Positions 19,093 through 27,743 of a stretch of 64,000 nt of DNA are shown here, in pieces. Numbering within the stretch: position 1 is the first letter of the stretch; each line of letters begins with the position of its first letter. Origin of the DNA: an uncultured Verrucomicrobiaceae bacterium (GTDB lineage: Bacteria > Pseudomonadota > Gammaproteobacteria > Pseudomonadales > CAMLJR01). The notes beneath the pieces were generated by a model that had not been told where the DNA came from, made no database searches, and saw only the letters and a list, made by a program, of their open reading frames with translations. The stretch covers positions 140,361 through 204,360 of the forward strand of contig CAZCNY010000004.1 in the NCBI GenBank assembly GCA_964500675.1, read 5' to 3'. Both the position numbers and the translations under genes were made by a program.

Positions 19093-20535
19093 TCAGCGCG
19101 GCCAGCGTATGCTGAAGCGTGCGCCGCCCAGTGTACCGCTGCCGATATCGAGTTCGGCGGCGTAGCTGTCGAGAATATCGATGATGACGGCGAGACCGAT
19201 GCCCTGCCCGGGTTGATAGGTGTCAGCGCGTTGACCGCGCTGCAGAATATCCGCGCGCTTTGCCGCGGGAATACCGGGGCCATCGTCCTCGATAACGATC
19301 AACAGCCAACGCCCGCTGTCGCTGGCGTTGATATTGATGTGTTGACGACACGCCTTGCAGGCGTTGTCGAGCAGGTTGCCGAGCACTTCGAGTAAATCCG
19401 CCTCATCGGCGCGGCATTCGCAATCGGCGGCGATGACGGTGTGAAATTGCGGCTGTTTGTCGAAATAAACTTTGCTGAATGTGGCAATCAATTTATCGGC
19501 AAGCGGCCGCAGTAAGATTTTTTGTTGCAATCGATGCGGACTACTCGCCACCGCGCGTTGCAATTGATAACCGATGAGTTGATCCATGCGAGCGATTTGC
19601 TCGTCGAGCAAGACGCGATCCGGTATTTCAGCGCTGCTTTGTTGGCGCAAGATGGCGAGTGGCGTTTTCAAACTGTGCGCGAGATCGCCGAGTGTATTGC
19701 GATAGCGCTCGCGCTGTTTTTGCTCGCGCTCTAACAATTGATTCAAGTTGGTGGCGAGCGGCTGCAATTCCTCGGGATAGCGTTCGGGTAGCTCCGCGCG
19801 CGTCCCCTGTTCTAAATCGCTGAGGTCGTGCGCGAGCCGGCGCAGCGGTTGCAAACCCCAGCGCAAAATTACGGCCTGCGCAATGGTCAATAGCAGCGCG
19901 GCGCTGCCGAGCCCAAGCCAGAGTTGGCGCTTGAAGGCGCGCAGCTCGGCCTGCAATGCGCTTTGATCTTCGAGCACGGTGAATACGAGCGGAATATCTT
20001 CGCCGTCTTCGGTCTCCCATACGGTCTGATATTGAAAGCGCAAAAACGGCGCGGGCTGCGTGATGACATCGAAGCGTTCGTGACCGGCGAGCGGCGGGTT
20101 ATCGCTGGCGAGCAAATCCTTGTTGAGTTCGAGCGCTGCGCTCGACGGCGATTGCCAGAGAATTTCGCCTTGCGGACGCTGAATCGCCGCATACAAACCT
20201 GAATTGATTTGGCGCAGGCGCGGATCGCCGGTGTGCGCATTGATCTTAATACCTTCGCTATCGAATTCGACGGCGCCAAGCAGCGCGTAGAATTGCACGC
20301 GGTAGCGTTCGAGCGCGGCGGTGAGTTGACTGGCTTCGAATGAGCGCGACAAAAACCAGCCGATGCTGGCGAGATAAAGCGGCAACACGATAACGCTCGC
20401 GAGCAGCAGGCGCCGTCCGATCGAATTCGGCGCGGGCAATTTGCGCAGCAGTTCGCGCGCGTGCCTGGTGTGGGGGCCGGCATTTAAGCGGGAGCGTAAG
20501 CGCCGGATCTGTTCGTTCAGTATCCGCGCGCTCAT
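19093..20535 (-). CDS. sensor histidine kinase (PhoQ/QseC-like architecture)
   Basis: 480 aa with two TM segments, a HAMP-like linker, H-box LAHSLKTPLA, LLDNACKA, DDGPGIP and GQGIGLAV. It overlaps the upstream response-regulator stop by 4 nt. Confidence 0.85.
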   Translation of the reverse strand: MSARILNEQIRRLRSRLNAGPHTRHARELLRKLPAPNSIGRRLLLASVIVLPLYLASIGWFLSRSFEASQLTAALERYRVQFYALLGAVEFDSEGIKINAHTGDPRLRQINSGLYAAIQRPQGEILWQSPSSAALELNKDLLASDNPPLAGHERFDVITQPAPFLRFQYQTVWETEDGEDIPLVFTVLEDQSALQAELRAFKRQLWLGLGSAALLLTIAQAVILRWGLQPLRRLAHDLSDLEQGTRAELPERYPEELQPLATNLNQLLEREQKQRERYRNTLGDLAHSLKTPLAILRQQSSAEIPDRVLLDEQIARMDQLIGYQLQRAVASSPHRLQQKILLRPLADKLIATFSKVYFDKQPQFHTVIAADCECRADEADLLEVLGNLLDNACKACRQHININASDSGRWLLIVIEDDGPGIPAAKRADILQRGQRADTYQPGQGIGLAVIIDILDSYAAELDIGSGTLGGARFSIRWPR

Positions 20536-21257
20536 TCCGCATCCGCGCTGTTTCCGGGTTCAGAACCGCTTTTTGATGCCGAGTTGCTCGCAAGCTCAAA
20601 GCGATAACCGCGCCCGCGCACGGTGTTGATCGGGTTCAGCGTGTGTTCGGGATCGAGTTTTTTGCGCAGCCGGCCGATGAAAACTTCGATGACATTGCTG
20701 TCGCGATCGAAATCCTGATCGTATAAATGTTCGGTCAATTCCGTTTTCGAAATCACTTGCCCGTGACGATGTGCGAGATACAGCAGCGCCTTATATTCGA
20801 ACGCGGTGAGTTCGATGGCGTGGCCGTGCACTGTCACTTCCTGTTTTGCTGTATCGATGGCGAGCGGATCGAATTGCAGTAACGGGCTTGCGAATCCGCC
20901 GCTGCGGCGCAGCAATGCGTTCAGGCGCGCGAGCACTTCTTCGATATGAAACGGTTTGACGACATAGTCGTCGCCGCCCGCTTCGAGCCCTTCGACTTTA
21001 TCCTGCCAGCGTCCGCGCGCGGTCAGCACCAAGATGGGGAAGCGCTTTTGCTGCTCGCGAATTTTGCGGATCACGGTGATGCCATCGACCAGTGGTAAGC
21101 CGAGATCGATCACCGCGAGGTCGTAGGTGAATTCGCGCACCAAATACAGCGCTTCTTTGCCATCGGCAGCAGCATCGACGGCGTAGCCGTTATCTTGCAA
21201 ATGCTTCGCGAGCTGTTCGCGCAGTGGAGCTTCGTCTTCAACCAACAATAAGCGCAT
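20532..21257 (-). CDS. OmpR/PhoP-family response regulator
   Basis: 241 aa with MRLLLVEDE...DLAVIDLGLP...LTARG...GADDYVVKPF and a winged-helix C-terminus (VRGRGYRF). Confidence 0.88.
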   Translation of the reverse strand: MRLLLVEDEAPLREQLAKHLQDNGYAVDAAADGKEALYLVREFTYDLAVIDLGLPLVDGITVIRKIREQQKRFPILVLTARGRWQDKVEGLEAGGDDYVVKPFHIEEVLARLNALLRRSGGFASPLLQFDPLAIDTAKQEVTVHGHAIELTAFEYKALLYLAHRHGQVISKTELTEHLYDQDFDRDSNVIEVFIGRLRKKLDPEHTLNPINTVRGRGYRFELASNSASKSGSEPGNSADAE

Positions 21258-21310
21258 GGTCAGATCTTTAGAGGAGTTGAGTCATTGCGGCGCGATTGCT
21301 TCAACAGGTG

Positions 21311-21610
21311 TCAATCGCGGCGGCGATCATGTTCGCGCTTGGCTGGAATGCGCAATGTTTTGACGCGTCCACCTTCTTGAAGCACGCGCACGCGATACAT
21401 ATCTTCGTTGGCTGCGGGCGGCTGCACATCAACCACGTGACCGCGATAGTTGTGTTCGACTTCGCCGATAACATCGCGCATGGCGCGACGGTCGCTGTCA
21501 TCGCGACGCTGCTCATGTCCGCGCGGTGGATTGGCGAGCGCATCAGCAGCGATCGTCACGAGCAATAGCGCGAGTGCGAAATACGTTGTGTGCGATATTG
21601 CTTTAGTCAT
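21311..21610 (-). CDS. small secreted PepSY-like protein
   Basis: The track ORF runs 21311-21643. I trimmed it to the ATG at 21610 (MTKAISHTTYFALALLLVTIAADA is a signal peptide). A PepSY-like core (MRDVIGEVEHNYRGHVVDVQ....YRVRVLQEGGRVKTLRI) follows. It is divergent from the adjacent two-component operon. Confidence 0.55.
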   Translation of the reverse strand: MTKAISHTTYFALALLLVTIAADALANPPRGHEQRRDDSDRRAMRDVIGEVEHNYRGHVVDVQPPAANEDMYRVRVLQEGGRVKTLRIPAKREHDRRRD

Positions 21611-21879
21611 TCGGTTCGGTGCTGATCTATATCTGTGCCGCAATCCTGCCGGCGATCAAACTCGCGGTATGCTACCACTTCCCACCTCGCAGCCATATTG
21701 TGTGCGATTGGCATTTTCGGCGACGGCTGTACGCCGGTGTTGATGCTCGGCAAAAGCTTAGCGCGTCGCAACTGAACCCGCACTGAATGAGCGCAAGCGC
21801 TTGCGTTGCAGGCGAGGCATGGGCGATTATCGAAACATACCGAATCGAATCTAACTTTTCGGATCGAGAGGAGAACAGG

Positions 21880-22314
21880 GTGCGACATCGTGTAAAACGC
21901 TGGTGCAGTCTTGCGCTTATAGTTGCTACGTTGAATACGGCGGCGTGTGGTTATTTGATTTATCCCGAGCGCCAGGGGCTGCGCGGCGATCATGTCGATG
22001 GCACTGTCGTGGCTCTCGATGCTGTCGGGTTGCTGTTTTTTGTGCTGCCCGGGGTTGTGGCATTTGCGGTCGATTTCGCCAGCGGTTGTATTTATTTGCC
22101 CAAAAGTAAGGGCGGCGCATTCAGCGCAACCGATCCCGCCGCTCCGCAAGATTGGGTCGCAGTAACGCGAGTTGCTCCGTTTGCTGACGATGCGACAATT
22201 GCGGCGGCATTGCGAGATTATCTGCGCGGCAAGCGTGCCGGCACCGATTCGGCGCGCATCGAATGGCTGCCGGCGGCGATGCCTGCGTATGCCGCGGCCG
22301 CGCGAGCGAATTAA
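21880..22314 (+). CDS. hypothetical lipoprotein
   Basis: The track ORF runs 21787-22314. A GTG at 21880 is preceded by GAGAGGAGAA and gives VRHRVKRWCSLALIVATLNTAAC, which is a lipobox. No family recognised. Confidence 0.5.
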   Translation: MRHRVKRWCSLALIVATLNTAACGYLIYPERQGLRGDHVDGTVVALDAVGLLFFVLPGVVAFAVDFASGCIYLPKSKGGAFSATDPAAPQDWVAVTRVAPFADDATIAAALRDYLRGKRAGTDSARIEWLPAAMPAYAAAARAN

Positions 22315-22336
22315 ATATCGCGGCGCCATGCCGTAC

Positions 22337-22404
22337 ATTCATTGGGCGCGCAAATTCATCGGGCGCGCAAATTCATAGGACGTGTGGATTCATAGGACAG
22401 TAGT
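22337..22404. repeat. 17-bp tandem repeat x4 abutting the start codon of the OmpA-like lipoprotein gene
   Basis: ATTCAT-initiated units start at 22337, 22354, 22371 and 22388. The first pair is ATTCAT(T/C)GGGCGCGCAA and the second pair is ATTCATAGGAC(G/A).... The array ends 1 nt before the ATG at 22405. Confidence 0.85.
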
Positions 22405-23007
22405 ATGCTGCGTTACATTCAAAGTAAAACTCGCATCGGCGCGTTGTTGAGTGTGTTGCTGGTTGCGGGTTGTGCCGTCGAAACGCCGCAGCCGCCATCT
22501 GCACCGCAAGGCCCGGCTCCTGTCGCGCCGCCGATCGTGCCGCCGAGCGGCGTCACGCCCGCCCCCAAAATCTATAGCGGGTCGTATCCTGATCGTCTTG
22601 AAGCGGCCGCGCGCGATGTGTTGATCGACACCGCGGTGCGCGTATCGCGTAGCGATAACACCGTCAAATTGATTATCCCGGTCAATGCGGCGTTTGCCAT
22701 CAACAGCGCACAGCTACAGCCGCGCTTTTCTGCCGTGCTCGACGGCATTGCGCGGCTGTGTCGCGACTACAATCAAACCGCAATCGCTGTTAAGGGGTTC
22801 ACCGATAGCACGGGCAGCTTCGAGCATAATCAACAATTATCCGAGCAGCGCGCGCAGAGTATCGGCGCGTATTTAAGTCGAGAGATAGCGGCAGCGCGCA
22901 TTCACACCGCCGGTTATGGTCCGCGCTACCCCATTGCGGATAACCGGACCGACGACGGTCGCGTGCAGAACAGAAGGGTCGAAATCGATATGGTGACGGT
23001 ACCGTGA
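22405..23007 (+). CDS. OmpA-family peptidoglycan-associated lipoprotein
   Basis: 200 aa with lipobox LLVAGC, a Pro-rich linker and an OmpA_C domain (GFTDSTGS...NQQLSEQRAQSI..YL...GYGPRYPIADN...GR.QNRRVEI). Confidence 0.85.
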   Translation: MLRYIQSKTRIGALLSVLLVAGCAVETPQPPSAPQGPAPVAPPIVPPSGVTPAPKIYSGSYPDRLEAAARDVLIDTAVRVSRSDNTVKLIIPVNAAFAINSAQLQPRFSAVLDGIARLCRDYNQTAIAVKGFTDSTGSFEHNQQLSEQRAQSIGAYLSREIAAARIHTAGYGPRYPIADNRTDDGRVQNRRVEIDMVTVP

Positions 23008-23483
23008 AATATGGAGTTTTGAAGCGTTTGGTTGTGAGGCGCATAGGGGTTGTCGCAGCACTGCTCGCACTCGGCGCTTGCGCCGCTTTGCGCGGCGATC
23101 TCGCCGCACCCGATGTGGCGCTGGCCGGATTGCGCATGGGGCAGGGTGACGGGATGTATCAGACGCTGTACGTCGATTTGATGATTTCAAACCCCAATAG
23201 CATTGCCTTGAAATTTAATGCGATCAGTTATCGCATTCGTATCGAAGGGCGCGATCTTGTCAGCGGTACTAGCCGCGAGCCGCTCGAAATTCCCTCGGGT
23301 GGGGTAAAAAAATACACGGTGCCGGCAACGATTGGTTTGATGAGCGGATTTGGTTTGATCCGCGATTTGATGAACAAGCCAAAGAATAAAATTGCCTACG
23401 AACTAAATGCGACGCTCGAACCCGGTGGTTTGTTTTCGATGCCGATCACTGTCAAAAAAATTGATACGTTCAAACTTCAATAA
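23004..23483 (+). CDS. LEA type-2 (NDR1/HIN1-like, water-stress) family lipoprotein
   Basis: 159 aa with lipobox LALGAC and an LEA_2-like beta-sandwich pattern (V.L.GL........Q.LYVDL.I.NPN...L....I.Y.I...G). It overlaps the upstream gene by 4 nt. Confidence 0.7.
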   Translation: MKYGVLKRLVVRRIGVVAALLALGACAALRGDLAAPDVALAGLRMGQGDGMYQTLYVDLMISNPNSIALKFNAISYRIRIEGRDLVSGTSREPLEIPSGGVKKYTVPATIGLMSGFGLIRDLMNKPKNKIAYELNATLEPGGLFSMPITVKKIDTFKLQ

Positions 23484-23530
23484 GAGCGGGATCATTGCGA
23501 GTCTGTCAAAAATTTAGGCGTTTTTCGAAC

Positions 23531-23574
23531 AAAAAAACCCCTCGTCCGCACAGGGTGGGTGATGGACGAGGGGT
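23531..23574 (-). terminator. rho-independent terminator (minus-strand orientation)
   Basis: An 11-bp GC-rich stem, ACCCCTCGTCC (23537-23547) pairing with GGACGAGGGGT (23564-23574). An A7 run precedes it on the plus strand, which is a T7 tail on the minus strand. It lies downstream of the DUF1289 gene. Confidence 0.7.
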
Positions 23575-23743
23575 TGCCCGAGAACCATGATGTATTCGAT
23601 AAACAGCTATGTGTTCAATGATAAGCGCAATGCGCAATGATGCGTTGCGGCTAAATTAACGTCGCTCAGAAATTGCGGCAAGTCTCTGTTCGGAACTTGT
23701 TCACATATTTTACGCGCCGCTTAAGAAGCTTTTTGAATTTATG

Positions 23744-23950
23744 TCAGCGCTTGTTAGGCGTGGATTGTAATTGTGCGAGCCGCACTGAAGCGCGCTTCAG
23801 AATAATTTCGCGCTCATGTTCGCTGGCGCGATGCCATTGCAGTATTTCTTCCAAGTGGCGACCGCAACCCATGCAGATATCTGCGCCATCCAGGCAGCAA
23901 TTGCGCACACAGGGCGAGTCGACCGGTGATTGGTTTTTGGTTTCGGCCAT
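23744..23950 (-). CDS. DUF1289 family Cys-rich (putative Fe-S) small protein
   Basis: The track ORF runs 23744-24064. I trimmed it to the ATG at 23950 (MAETKNQSPVDSPCVRNCCLDGADICMGCGRHLEEILQW), which matches the SPC..C.L.....C.GC.R...EI..W signature. Confidence 0.75.
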   Translation of the reverse strand: MAETKNQSPVDSPCVRNCCLDGADICMGCGRHLEEILQWHRASEHEREIILKRASVRLAQLQSTPNKR

Positions 23951-24099
23951 CGGCGTTCCCCGGTTGCGTGCTACCCAAATGCAGGCGTTGTCGAAGCGAG
24001 AAGCGGCGATTCGGCAACTCTTTGGACAGTATAGAAGATGCGCTGATCGCACCGAGCGTGGCATTTGCGCAATCGGCGCGGTAGTATGAGGCAGGTCCC

Positions 24100-24798
24100 A
24101 TGCGAAGAGCTTCGAACGCCGAAATGCAGCATTTTGAAAAACAGCGCGAGGAAACGCTGCTCCGCTTTCTCGATACGTTAAATACGCGCGATGCAGTGCT
24201 CAATTATCCGCAAATCCAAGGTCTGTTGTATGCAATGGCGTGCTCTCCAGAACCCATCAAACCAGCCGAGTGGTTTGATCTGGTCTGGCTCAACGACGAT
24301 CCGCAATTTGAAAACGCCGCCGAGGCCAAGCGTTTTTATGAATTGCTCGTGGAGTTGTTCGGCTCCATTTCGACCGATGTGCAGCGCAATCGCTTCCAGC
24401 TCGCGGCGCGCGCGAATATTCAGGGTGGCGCGCTGGCGCTAGCCGATTGGTGCGACGGGTTTCTGATCGGACACCACTATCTGGAGGATGTGTGGAACGC
24501 CGCGCTCGATGATCTCGATGACGACGAGCTGTTCGAGCAGGTGAGCGCTACGCTGGATTGCGCCATTGCCTTCGTCGCGGACGATATTGCCGATTGGGAT
24601 GACAACGAGCTTTTACTCGCGGAATTTGTCCGCTTTCAGCAATTGTTGCAAGACTATCGCGAGATACACATGCGCTGTCACGATGAGCGTGCATGCTGGA
24701 GCGTGGAGCAGGCATTTATCGATATGCTGCCGGTGGACAGCCGTGCCGCCTGCCCTTGCGGATCGGGTCGAATATTCAAATCGTGCTGTCTGCATTAG
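24100..24798 (+). CDS. UPF0149/YecA-family protein with C-terminal SEC-C metal-binding motif
   Basis: 232 aa. The C-terminal CPCGSGRIFKSCC is the SEC-C motif. The N-terminal part resembles UPF0149. Confidence 0.75.
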   Translation: MRRASNAEMQHFEKQREETLLRFLDTLNTRDAVLNYPQIQGLLYAMACSPEPIKPAEWFDLVWLNDDPQFENAAEAKRFYELLVELFGSISTDVQRNRFQLAARANIQGGALALADWCDGFLIGHHYLEDVWNAALDDLDDDELFEQVSATLDCAIAFVADDIADWDDNELLLAEFVRFQQLLQDYREIHMRCHDERACWSVEQAFIDMLPVDSRAACPCGSGRIFKSCCLH

Positions 24799-24813
24799 CC
24801 CAGCGGTACGCCG

Positions 24814-25935
24814 TTGGTGAGCGATAACAACGACAAAGGATTCATCATGACTGGCGGAACACAGAACAGCGTCGAGCTGATCGAGCGTATTCTCGCCGAG
24901 GTGCTGGCCGCCGCTCCGGGGTCCCTGTCGCGTCAAACCGCCGAACAACTGCGCAAACGGTTGAGTCGTTTATTGCAGGAGTCGGGCTCCCGCGCGCGCG
25001 CCTCCGAGCGCCGCGGACTTACCGTGATGGTGGCGGAGTTGCGCGGCTTCGATGCGTTTGCCGACCAACAGGAGCCCGCTGCGACCGTCAATCTGTTCAA
25101 TCGCTATCTTGCACAGATGAGCGAAATCGTTGCACTGCATGGCGGCATTATCGACCGGTTGGGCAGTGACTCGCTGACCATTTTGTTCGGTACGGTAGAG
25201 CCGCAATCCGAGCATGCCGCACCCGCGCTGGCGTGCGCCGCCGAGATGCAGCAAGCGATGTCGCGCTGCAATCAGCAAAATGAAATCTTGCGGTTACCAC
25301 CGCTTTATATGGGTATCGGCATCCATAGCGGCGAACTGGTGACCGGCGCGGTCGGCGCCACCTTGCGACGTGAATATGCCGCGCTGGGCTCCGCTATCGG
25401 CGTCGCCGCGCGCGTTGCCAAGCAGAGCCTGCGCGGCCAAGTGTTGTTGAGCGACAGCACATATCGGCTGGTGCACGATTTTATTTTGGTCGGCGAACTC
25501 AATACCTTGCGTGTCCGCAGCCGCCGTCTGCCCGTGACGATTTACGAATTGCTCGGCACGACACGTCCGCGCGCGCTTACGGTGCCGCGCCGCGAGATTC
25601 GCAAGAGCCCGCGCGTGTTTGTGCAAATGCCCTGTTATTTTCAACGCGTTAAAGGCAGCAATGCACTCGGCGGGTTACATTGTGGCCAGGTTGTTGATAT
25701 GGGTTATCACGGACTGCGTATGATCAGCCCGGTGCCGCTTGAAGCCAGCAGCGAAGTTATGATGTCGTTGTCGTTGCAGTTGCTTGGTCATCGCACCAGC
25801 GACATCTATGCGCGCATCGTTACCGCCGATGCCGAGCAGCAGGGCTATCGGTGCAGTATGGAATTCACCGATATCGATTTAGTCGGACGGCAGACGATCA
25901 AGCAGTTTGTAGACAGTCAGATCGGCACTATTTGA
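24814..25935 (+). CDS. class III nucleotidyl-cyclase homology domain fused to a C-terminal PilZ domain
   Basis: 373 aa. The cyclase-homology domain covers roughly aa 68-250 (LTVMVAELRGF...GSDSLTILFG...MGIGIHSGELVTGAVGA...YAALGSAIGVAARV). The PilZ-like C-terminus reads RREIRKSPRVFV...GQVVDMGYHGLRM. The start is either GTG 24814 or ATG 24847. Confidence 0.75.
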   Translation: MVSDNNDKGFIMTGGTQNSVELIERILAEVLAAAPGSLSRQTAEQLRKRLSRLLQESGSRARASERRGLTVMVAELRGFDAFADQQEPAATVNLFNRYLAQMSEIVALHGGIIDRLGSDSLTILFGTVEPQSEHAAPALACAAEMQQAMSRCNQQNEILRLPPLYMGIGIHSGELVTGAVGATLRREYAALGSAIGVAARVAKQSLRGQVLLSDSTYRLVHDFILVGELNTLRVRSRRLPVTIYELLGTTRPRALTVPRREIRKSPRVFVQMPCYFQRVKGSNALGGLHCGQVVDMGYHGLRMISPVPLEASSEVMMSLSLQLLGHRTSDIYARIVTADAEQQGYRCSMEFTDIDLVGRQTIKQFVDSQIGTI

Positions 25936-25996
25936 ATGACTTGCATCGCTTGAATACTTGAACCACCCAAATAGTCCGCAGAGAATTTTTCGCCAA

Positions 25997-26200
25997 ATGA
26001 CCGAATCAGATTCTGACTTAGCGACACAGTTGCTGTTATTGCAAGAGCGGCATCGCGAGCTAGATATCGAGATCGCGAACTTGGAATTATTCCCTTATCA
26101 GGATCAATTGCAGTTGCGGCGCCTCAAAAAAGAAAAGCTGCGCGTGAAAGACATCATCGAGCGCGTTCGCACGATGCTGATTCCCGATCTCGACGCATAA
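25997..26200 (+). CDS. DUF465 (YdcH-like) small coiled-coil protein
   Basis: LQERHRELDIEI..LE..PY.D.LQLRRLKKEKLR.KD.I matches the DUF465 signature. ATG 25997 is preferred over the TTG-type track start at 25958. Confidence 0.75.
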   Translation: MTESDSDLATQLLLLQERHRELDIEIANLELFPYQDQLQLRRLKKEKLRVKDIIERVRTMLIPDLDA

Positions 26201-26386
26201 CTTCCGCAAATTTTTTCTTGCTGCCGATCCGGGAGCACGTACCGAATAATATCGGTTTGAGATTTTTCGCACACCGTGTGCCGGTGGTGTCTGCTGGTTT
26301 GGGTTGCCGCAATGTGGAAAATGCACATTGTCACGGAGGAAATTAACCGCTGGCAGGAAGCTCGGCGTGACAGTGGACGTCAAGTT

Positions 26387-26427
26387 GCAAAAAACAAAGC
26401 CGGGCTTTTGCCCGGCTTTGTTTTTTT
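26387..26427. terminator. bidirectional rho-independent terminator
   Basis: The stem pairs AAAGCCGGG (26395-26403) with CCCGGCTTT (26411-26419). It is flanked by an A-run upstream and a T7 run downstream, between convergent genes. Confidence 0.8.
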
Positions 26428-26462
26428 AATAATCAGTTATGTTCGGATGCGGCTGGTAGACA

Positions 26463-26807
26463 TCAGCCGGGCGGCCACTGCATGCTTCTACCGCCCAATA
26501 AATGCAGGTGGATGTGGTAGACGGTTTGCCCGCCATCGCTGTTGCAATTCATTGCCAGCCGGTAGCCGCTTGCGGCTATGCCTTCTGCTTCCGCCAGCCG
26601 TCGCGCCGATAAAACCATGTGGCCGACGAGTGCGGTGTGCTCTTCGTTGACATCATTTAAAGTGGTTAAGTGTTGCTTCGGGACGATCAGAATGTGCGTT
26701 GGCGCCTGTGGATTGATATCGCGAAACGCGACGACTTTCTCGTCCTCGAAAACAATCCCAGCGGGAATTTGCTGCGTCGCTATTTTGCAAAATAGGCAAT
26801 CTTTCAT
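26463..26807 (-). CDS. hinT: histidine triad nucleotide-binding protein (HIT family, HinT-like)
   Basis: 114 aa with CLFCKI......P..IV.ED....AF.DI.PQAPTH.L..PK ... HIHLHLLGGR.M.WPPG. Confidence 0.88.
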   Translation of the reverse strand: MKDCLFCKIATQQIPAGIVFEDEKVVAFRDINPQAPTHILIVPKQHLTTLNDVNEEHTALVGHMVLSARRLAEAEGIAASGYRLAMNCNSDGGQTVYHIHLHLLGGRSMQWPPG

Positions 26808-27270
26808 CGCCCCGCCTCAATGCACACGAAAACTTGCGCATCATACGGCTCCTGCTCGCGGACGTCGAATTTTGTAGTCCGAACGCTTTTGATATTGCAC
26901 CACACTGCTTCTTTTCTGTGCCGATTTGCACTTCGCTGGTGCCCCGCGCCGCGATGTGCGCGTCAATCGCGTAGGTTGTCGCGCTTGCGAGACCCTGTTG
27001 AGTGCGGCGCTGTGCGTCGAGTTTTCGTCGAGAAAATACGCATCAACTGGATACATATGCAAACAAAATATCACCTCAATGTAAAACTGCTGCAATCGAT
27101 CGGTGATAAGTTTTGTTGCTGGTCTGCGAGTGCAACGCAGTGTATTCGATAAGTGGGTACAGCTTTTGCAGTCATCAAACAAGCGAAGCCAGCTTACGTC
27201 GTTTAAGGTTGGTTTTGGTTTGAATCTTGCCCCGTATAGGGGCTCCGCCAAGTCAGCGAGGAGTCGTTCC

Positions 27271-27657
27271 ATGGCCGTTATCGAAAGCATCAAGGAAAAA
27301 GCCGGCGTGTTGAAAGGTAAGGCCGGTGTCGTGTTGTCCTCTGTCAGTGATCTCAACAAACTGGCGATCGACAAAATGGAAGAGATGTCGAAAATGAACC
27401 TATCGTCCGCAAGCTACTTCAGTGAGCTCGGGATCAGACAGATGCGTGCGGTCAGCACGATAAAAGATCTTGAGTCGTTGCGTAAATTCACGGCCGACAG
27501 CATTTCGTTGAGCGGCGAAGTCGCCAAGAAAATGCTTGACGACGGCAAGGCGTGGATGGGGGTGGGCGGAGACATGAAAGAAAAAATTACCGACATGTTC
27601 GCTTCAAAGGACGAAGTCGCCACCAAGAAAAAGGTTTCCAAAGCTGTTGCAGCTTAG
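27271..27657 (+). CDS. phaP: phasin family protein (PHA granule-associated)
   Basis: The track ORF starts at 27103. An ATG at 27271 with a GAGGAG RBS (27259-27264) gives a 128-aa helical, Lys/Ala-rich protein directly upstream of phaC. The phasin call rests on composition and context. Confidence 0.65.
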   Translation: MAVIESIKEKAGVLKGKAGVVLSSVSDLNKLAIDKMEEMSKMNLSSASYFSELGIRQMRAVSTIKDLESLRKFTADSISLSGEVAKKMLDDGKAWMGVGGDMKEKITDMFASKDEVATKKKVSKAVAA

Positions 27658-27743
27658 CCGAGGCGCGGGGACGTTGTCAGACGTTACCCGCGTTCTCGTT
27701 CCGCGCTGCGTAAAAAAATTTTCTAAGGCTCGGAGGAGTCATC

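Noticed and set aside
26841-27374. 177-aa minus-strand ORF between hinT and phaP
   Set aside because: It overlaps the phasin RBS and start, has no recognisable family or signal, and its composition looks random. The region is treated as non-coding.
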